A DNA stretch of 64,000 nucleotides, taken from NCBI RefSeq assembly GCF_044704955.1, contig NC_091991.1:152644001-152708000 (forward strand), given 5' to 3'. The DNA comes from Pristiophorus japonicus (taxonomy: Eukaryota). The position numbers were made by a program, and so were the translations under genes. A model generated the notes under the pieces. The model had not been told where the DNA came from and ran no database searches. It saw nothing but the letters and a program-made list of their open reading frames with translations. Below, piece after piece: positions 62,044 through 64,000 of the stretch (the first letter of the stretch is position 1; every line of letters begins with the position of its first letter).

Positions 62044-64000
62044 AGTGTGAGGAGGCAGGAGTTCGGGCGGCAGTTCAGAGAGGCCTATAAAGGCCAGTGA
62101 GACCAAGAGTCCGGGGAGTTCGAGGAGGCGGGAGTTCGGGCGGCAGTTCAGAGAGGCCTATAAAGGCCAGCGAGACCAGGAGTCTGAGGAGGCCCAGCCG
62201 GTGCAGCTGCAGCGGGGAGAAAAAGCAAAAAAGAAATAGAAAGAAATAGAAAGGTGACGTCACAGCCAAGGGGGTAGTGATGGGCTGGTGATTGGTAAGT
62301 AGTTTTTCTTTTTCTTTTCTATATCAGTAAGTAACCTTTAGCATTGTTATTGCCAATTTAAGTTTATCTAAGGGTTAAGTCATGGCAGGAGAGCTCGGAC
62401 ACGTGTTATGCTCCTCCTGTACTATGTGGGAAGTCAGGAACGCTTCCGGTGTCCCTGACGACTACGTGTGCGGGAAGTGCATCCGCCTATAGCTCCTGAT
62501 GGACCGCATTGCGGCACTGGAGCTGCAGGTGGATGAACTCTGGAGCATCCACGATGCTGAGAATGACGTGAATAGCACATTTAGTGAGTTGGTCTTACCG
62601 CAAGTAAAGGGTACACAGCCAGATAGGGAATGGGTGACCAATAGGAAGAGCAGTGCAAGGAAGGTAGTGCAGGGGTCCCCTGCTGTCATCCCCCTGCAAA
62701 ACAGATACACCGATTTGGATACTGTTGAGGGGGATGACTCATCAGGGGAGGGCAGCAGCAGCTAAGTTCATGGCACCGTGGGTGGCTCTGCTGCACAAGA
62801 GGGCAGGAGAAAGAGTGGAAGGCTACGGTGATAGAGGATTCAATTGTAAGGGGAATAGATAGACGTTTCTGCGGCCGCAACCAAGACTCCAGGATGGTAT
62901 GTTGCCTCCCTGGTGCAAGGGTCAAGGATGTCTCTGAGCGGGTGCAGGGCATTCTGAAAAGGGAGGGTGAACAGCCAGTTGTCGTGGTGCATATAGATAC
63001 CAAAGATATAGGTAAAAAAAGGGATGAGGTTCTACAAGACGAATTTAGGAAGTAGGAGCTAAATTAAAAAGTAGGACCTCAAAAGTAGGAATCTCAGGAT
63101 TGCTACCAGTGCCATGTGCTAGTCAGAATAGGAATCGCAGGATAGCTCAGATGAATCCGTGGCTTGAGGAGTGGTGCAGAACGGAGGGATTCAAATTCCT
63201 GGGACATTGGAACCAGTTCTGGGGGAGGTGGGACCAGTCCTACACCTGTGCAGGACCAGAACCAATGTCCTCGGGGGAGTATTTGCTAGTGCTGTTGGGG
63301 AGGAGTTAAACTAATATGGCAGGGGGATGGAAACCTATGCAGAGAGACAGAGGGAAGTAGAATGGGGGCAGAAGCAAAAGATAGAAAGAAGAAAAGTAAA
63401 AGTGGAGGGCAGAGAAACCTAAGGCAAAAAGCAAAAAGGGCCACATTACACCAAAATTCTAAAGGGGCAAAGTGTGTTAGAAAGACAAACCTGAAGGCTC
63501 TGTGCCTCAATGCGAGGAGTATTCGGAATAAGCTGGACGAATTAACTGCGCAGATAGCAGTTAACAGGTATGATGTAATTGACATCACGGAGACATAGCT
63601 CCAGGGTGACCAAGGCTGGGAACTCAACATCCAGGGGTATTCAACATTCAGGAAGGATAGACAGAAAGGAAAAGGAGGCAGAGTGGCACTGCTGGTTAAA
63701 GAGGAAATTAATGCAATAGTCAGAAAGGACATTAGCTTGGATGATGTGGAATCGGTATGGGTGGAGTTACGGAATACCAAGGGGCAGAAAACGCTAGTGG
63801 GAATTGTGTACAGACCACCAAAACAGTAGTAGTGAGGTTGGGGACAGCATCAAACAAGAAATTAGGGATGCATGCAATAAAGGTACAGCAGTTATCATGG
63901 GTGACTTTAATCTACATGTTGATTGGGCTAACCTAACTGATAGCAATGCAGTGGAGGAGGATTTCCTGGAGTGTATTAGGGATGGTTTTCTAGACCAATA
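62044..64000 (+). mobile_element. CR1 LINE with 5' end: 5' UTR, ORF1 (zinc finger plus SGNH esterase) and start of ORF2; runs off the window
   Basis: ORF1 ATG at 62382, CSSCTMWE...CGKC, IEDSIVRG, CLPGARVKD. ORF2 LCLNARSI, ITET, VYRPP, GDFN. Several stops. Confidence 0.92.

Overview
Eukaryotic genomic DNA, almost certainly from a cartilaginous fish (inferred from the SacSINE1-like DeuSINEs and the CR1/L2/RTE repertoire). The whole window appears to lie inside one minus-strand host gene, RAB26. Only two small coding exons are visible: 24010-24051 (NKVLNVDGVKVKLQ) and 20746-20812 ([22 protein letters not shown]). Both were found by eye and are absent from the ORF track. I did not find the neighbouring exons, which implies flanking introns of more than 20 kb and about 40 kb or more. 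The rest is intronic and dominated by transposable elements: many CR1 LINEs of several subfamilies, L2 and RTE 3' ends, tRNA-headed SINEs, a bipartite RTE-derived short element, Harbinger-, hAT- and mariner-type non-autonomous DNA elements, two decayed full-length Gypsy LTR retrotransposons with 5-bp TSDs, and a tRNA-Val pseudogene. Nearly all long ORFs in the track are TE remnants or their antisense shadows. I see no convincing new multi-gene system. The most notable signal is a CR1 insertion with the geometry of twin-priming 5' inversion, a mechanism described mainly for mammalian L1; it is nested CR1-in-Gypsy-in-SINE. Several locally templated rearrangements also lie close to the RAB26 exons. 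Repeat boundaries are approximate unless TSDs or TIRs are quoted.
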